DNA of 64,000 bases from Eledone cirrhosa (Eukaryota). Under the pieces are notes generated by a model. The model did no database searches and had not been told where the DNA came from. It saw nothing but the letters and a program-made list of their open reading frames with translations. This document shows, one piece after another, positions 61,876 to 64,000 of the stretch; positions within the stretch are counted from its first letter, which is position 1, and each line of letters begins with the position of its first letter. Made by a program: the position numbers and the translations under genes. The stretch spans positions 338,148,001-338,212,000 of the forward strand of contig OZ024742.1 of assembly GCA_964016885.1 (NCBI GenBank). The letters are read 5' to 3'.

Positions 61876-63057
61876 ATGGGTAGAAATAACAAAATTGCCA
61901 TGGTGATATCCATCGATGAAGTATGCGACAAAACTTGTCGATGTTCCAAAATAGAACATTGCCCAGAAAACCACATCTGCCATATCTATGCGGAACCTGA
62001 AAACTCATTCCGTAATCGCTGGGTCGAATGTGGAACCTGTCACATCTCTGTCTGCCTTCAATGCGCCACAGGCTTCCGGAGGATCCCAGGCCAAAAAAAG
62101 AGACATCATAATGCTATGATGGATGGAATCTGGGAGATGGTCCAGCTAAAATCCTGGTCCTTTCAGTGCCTGGCCTGTGTGCCTGCCTCCACTAATGTTA
62201 TTGAAAAACAACAACAACAAAACCAATGACTGTATCTTCCTCTACCATTGTTACTGAACAACGGCAAAAACCTATGACACTGGCTTCTACTGCTATTCCT
62301 GTGGGAGAACATCAGAAACAACAACAACCCATATCTTCCGCTCCCAGTACATCTCGACACCAACAACCTGCGACTGTGTCTTCCCGTGGAGGAACATCAT
62401 CATCACCAACAACAACAACCGACCAGTACAGATTTTGCATAATTGCAACTAATGATTTCTGCTTTAAGAAGGGAAGTAACAGGAATAAAGGCAAGCATTC
62501 GGGTAGGACCCCACAATGAGTGGTCTTATCGGAATGCCTTGCTAAAGAATCTCCCTGTACCTCTTGCCGTATCTGGCCACACTGAAAAGACTGCGGAATC
62601 TGCTACCCATGAAGTGATTGCCATTGGGGTACCAGAAGACAAGGCTGATCTTCAGGCATTTGCTGCCAGCTCAGCCAAAGACCTAGGCTGTGTTCCTCCA
62701 AAGGGTGCTCTCCGCCTTGGTCAACCTGGTCCAAAACCCAGACTCATCAGGCTGTCTTTTTCAGACCCCGCTGAGGCAACCTCATACCATCTGGCCTCTG
62801 TTAAAGCTGGGCGTGAAAATCGGATTACCTTCCGAACACGCCCAGGCCTACCACCCCATGTACGTCCAAAGCTCCGTGCTGCAGCTTCCTTGAATCGGAA
62901 CTCAGCACAACTTGAAAGTTTTAGTCTGCGTGATGATGGGCAGATCTGGAGGTTTGTCAAGGCTGGTGAAACGTGGAAGAGAGATGCCAGCTGGTCTGAG
63001 TGTGATCTACCCACAATAACTGGCAATGTAAAAACTGCTACAACTCTGAGAAACTAA
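61876..63057 (+). pseudogene. CR1 ORF1 with PHD-like finger, low-complexity linker and RRM-like domain; two frameshifts
   Basis: ICHIYA...WVECGTCHISVCLQC...FQCLAC (one Cys appears as Tyr); split across ORFs 61723-62229, 62226-62519 and 62443-63057. Confidence 0.8.
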
Positions 63058-63113
63058 ACCAGAACAACCTGCCACCCTCTACACACCATCATAAACTGCG
63101 AGCAGGGTACAAA

Positions 63114-63863
63114 TTGTTGTCCTTAAATGCTCGCAGTTTATGCAACAAGATACATCTGTTTGAATCCTACGTCAGAAGCATCGACCCTGACTTCACAGTC
63201 ACAGAAACATGGGCACATTCCTTACTCTGTGATGGGGTTTTCAGCATTACTGGGTACAACCTTTTCCGCAAGGACTGCATTAATCGCCGTGGTGGTGGTG
63301 TGATGGTCTACGTTCGTTCAAACTTTTCGGTAATTGCTTGCGTTAATTTGAACGAATCACAGGAAGAAGTTTTTTTCTGTGACATACGTATGACCATGAC
63401 AACACTTCTGCTTGGTGTTATTTATCGCCCCCCAAACTACCATCAGGACACACAGCTTTGCGATATCCTCAGAGTTGCTGCCAAGAAAACAGCCACTTAT
63501 GTGTTTATTGCAGGTGACTTCAATCATCCTGAGATCGATTGGGAAACCTTTCGTTGGCCACAAGGTGCAAACGATTTCCTTGAACTAGTGCTGGACTCAA
63601 ACTGGTCACAAGTAGTCACCTCTCCAACAAGAGGTGACAACACTTTGGACCTGATCTTCACCACTACTACTGAAGTGGTTATCAGTTGTACTACTGAGGA
63701 ACCTCTAGGCGACTCTGATCATGCTATGATCATTACCAATCTGGCACTTGAGGGCAGCAACAAAAACCAGAGCCATCTCCAATCTGCTTGCTTTGATTGG
63801 AAGAGGGCGGATTGGAACTTGTACTGCACTGAGCTACAGCGCCCAAACTGGCATGAGATGTGA
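63114..63863 (+). pseudogene. CR1 ORF2 AP endonuclease domain, disrupted at 63860
   Basis: Nearly identical to the N-terminal 250 aa of 56547-59312; ends at a deletion plus tandem-repeat scar. Confidence 0.9.
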
Positions 63864-64000
63864 ACACTATATGGCATGAGATGTGAACACTATATGGCAT
63901 GAGATGTGAACACTATATGTGAACACCAGAGCATCCTGAACTCAATATAGATAGCGTGTGCAGCATCGGTGCCACGTAAACGGAAAAATAACCACCCCAA

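Larger units (their letters stand above)
61654..64000 (+). mobile_element. Second CR1 copy, probably 5'-complete, runs off the window
   Basis: Same family as 56268-59931. Its start coincides with the end of homology to the 54789-55293 duplicate. Confidence 0.88.

Overview
Eukaryotic, AT-rich, repeat-dense DNA. It is most likely from a coleoid cephalopod such as Octopus; this is inferred from the SINE, RTE and zinc-finger repertoire, not proven. The window is part of a tandem cluster of effector-less C2H2 zinc-finger genes on the + strand: ZNF-A (3959-5818, 21 fingers), ZNF-B (26412-28730, 27 fingers) and ZNF-C (40044-41909, 21 intact fingers plus 1 degenerate, cut short by a nonsense codon). 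ZNF-B and ZNF-C lie in ~13-15 kb tandem segmental duplications. A third unit starts at ~44.9 kb but its zinc-finger exon is not in the window. The units are filled with RTE, CR1, HERO-like, CRE-like and Penelope-like retroelement pieces, tRNA-derived SINEs, a solo LTR and two MITEs; paralogous empty sites define several insertions exactly. Highlights: (1) ZNF-B versus ZNF-C differences concentrate at DNA-contacting helix positions, with shuffling of a 7-finger module; (2) a CR1 LINE whose intact ORF2 lacks a usable AUG but is reachable by a -1 frameshift at G_GGA_AAC, followed by a 15-bp hairpin; (3) three minimal hammerhead-ribozyme motifs with palindromic helix III loops; (4) a 774-bp near-perfect foldback element in the putative first exon of ZNF-B; (5) a templated insertion copied from ZNF-A into ZNF-B; (6) an RTE with twin-priming-like 5' inversion. 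All alignments were made by eye, so boundaries of decayed repeats are approximate.
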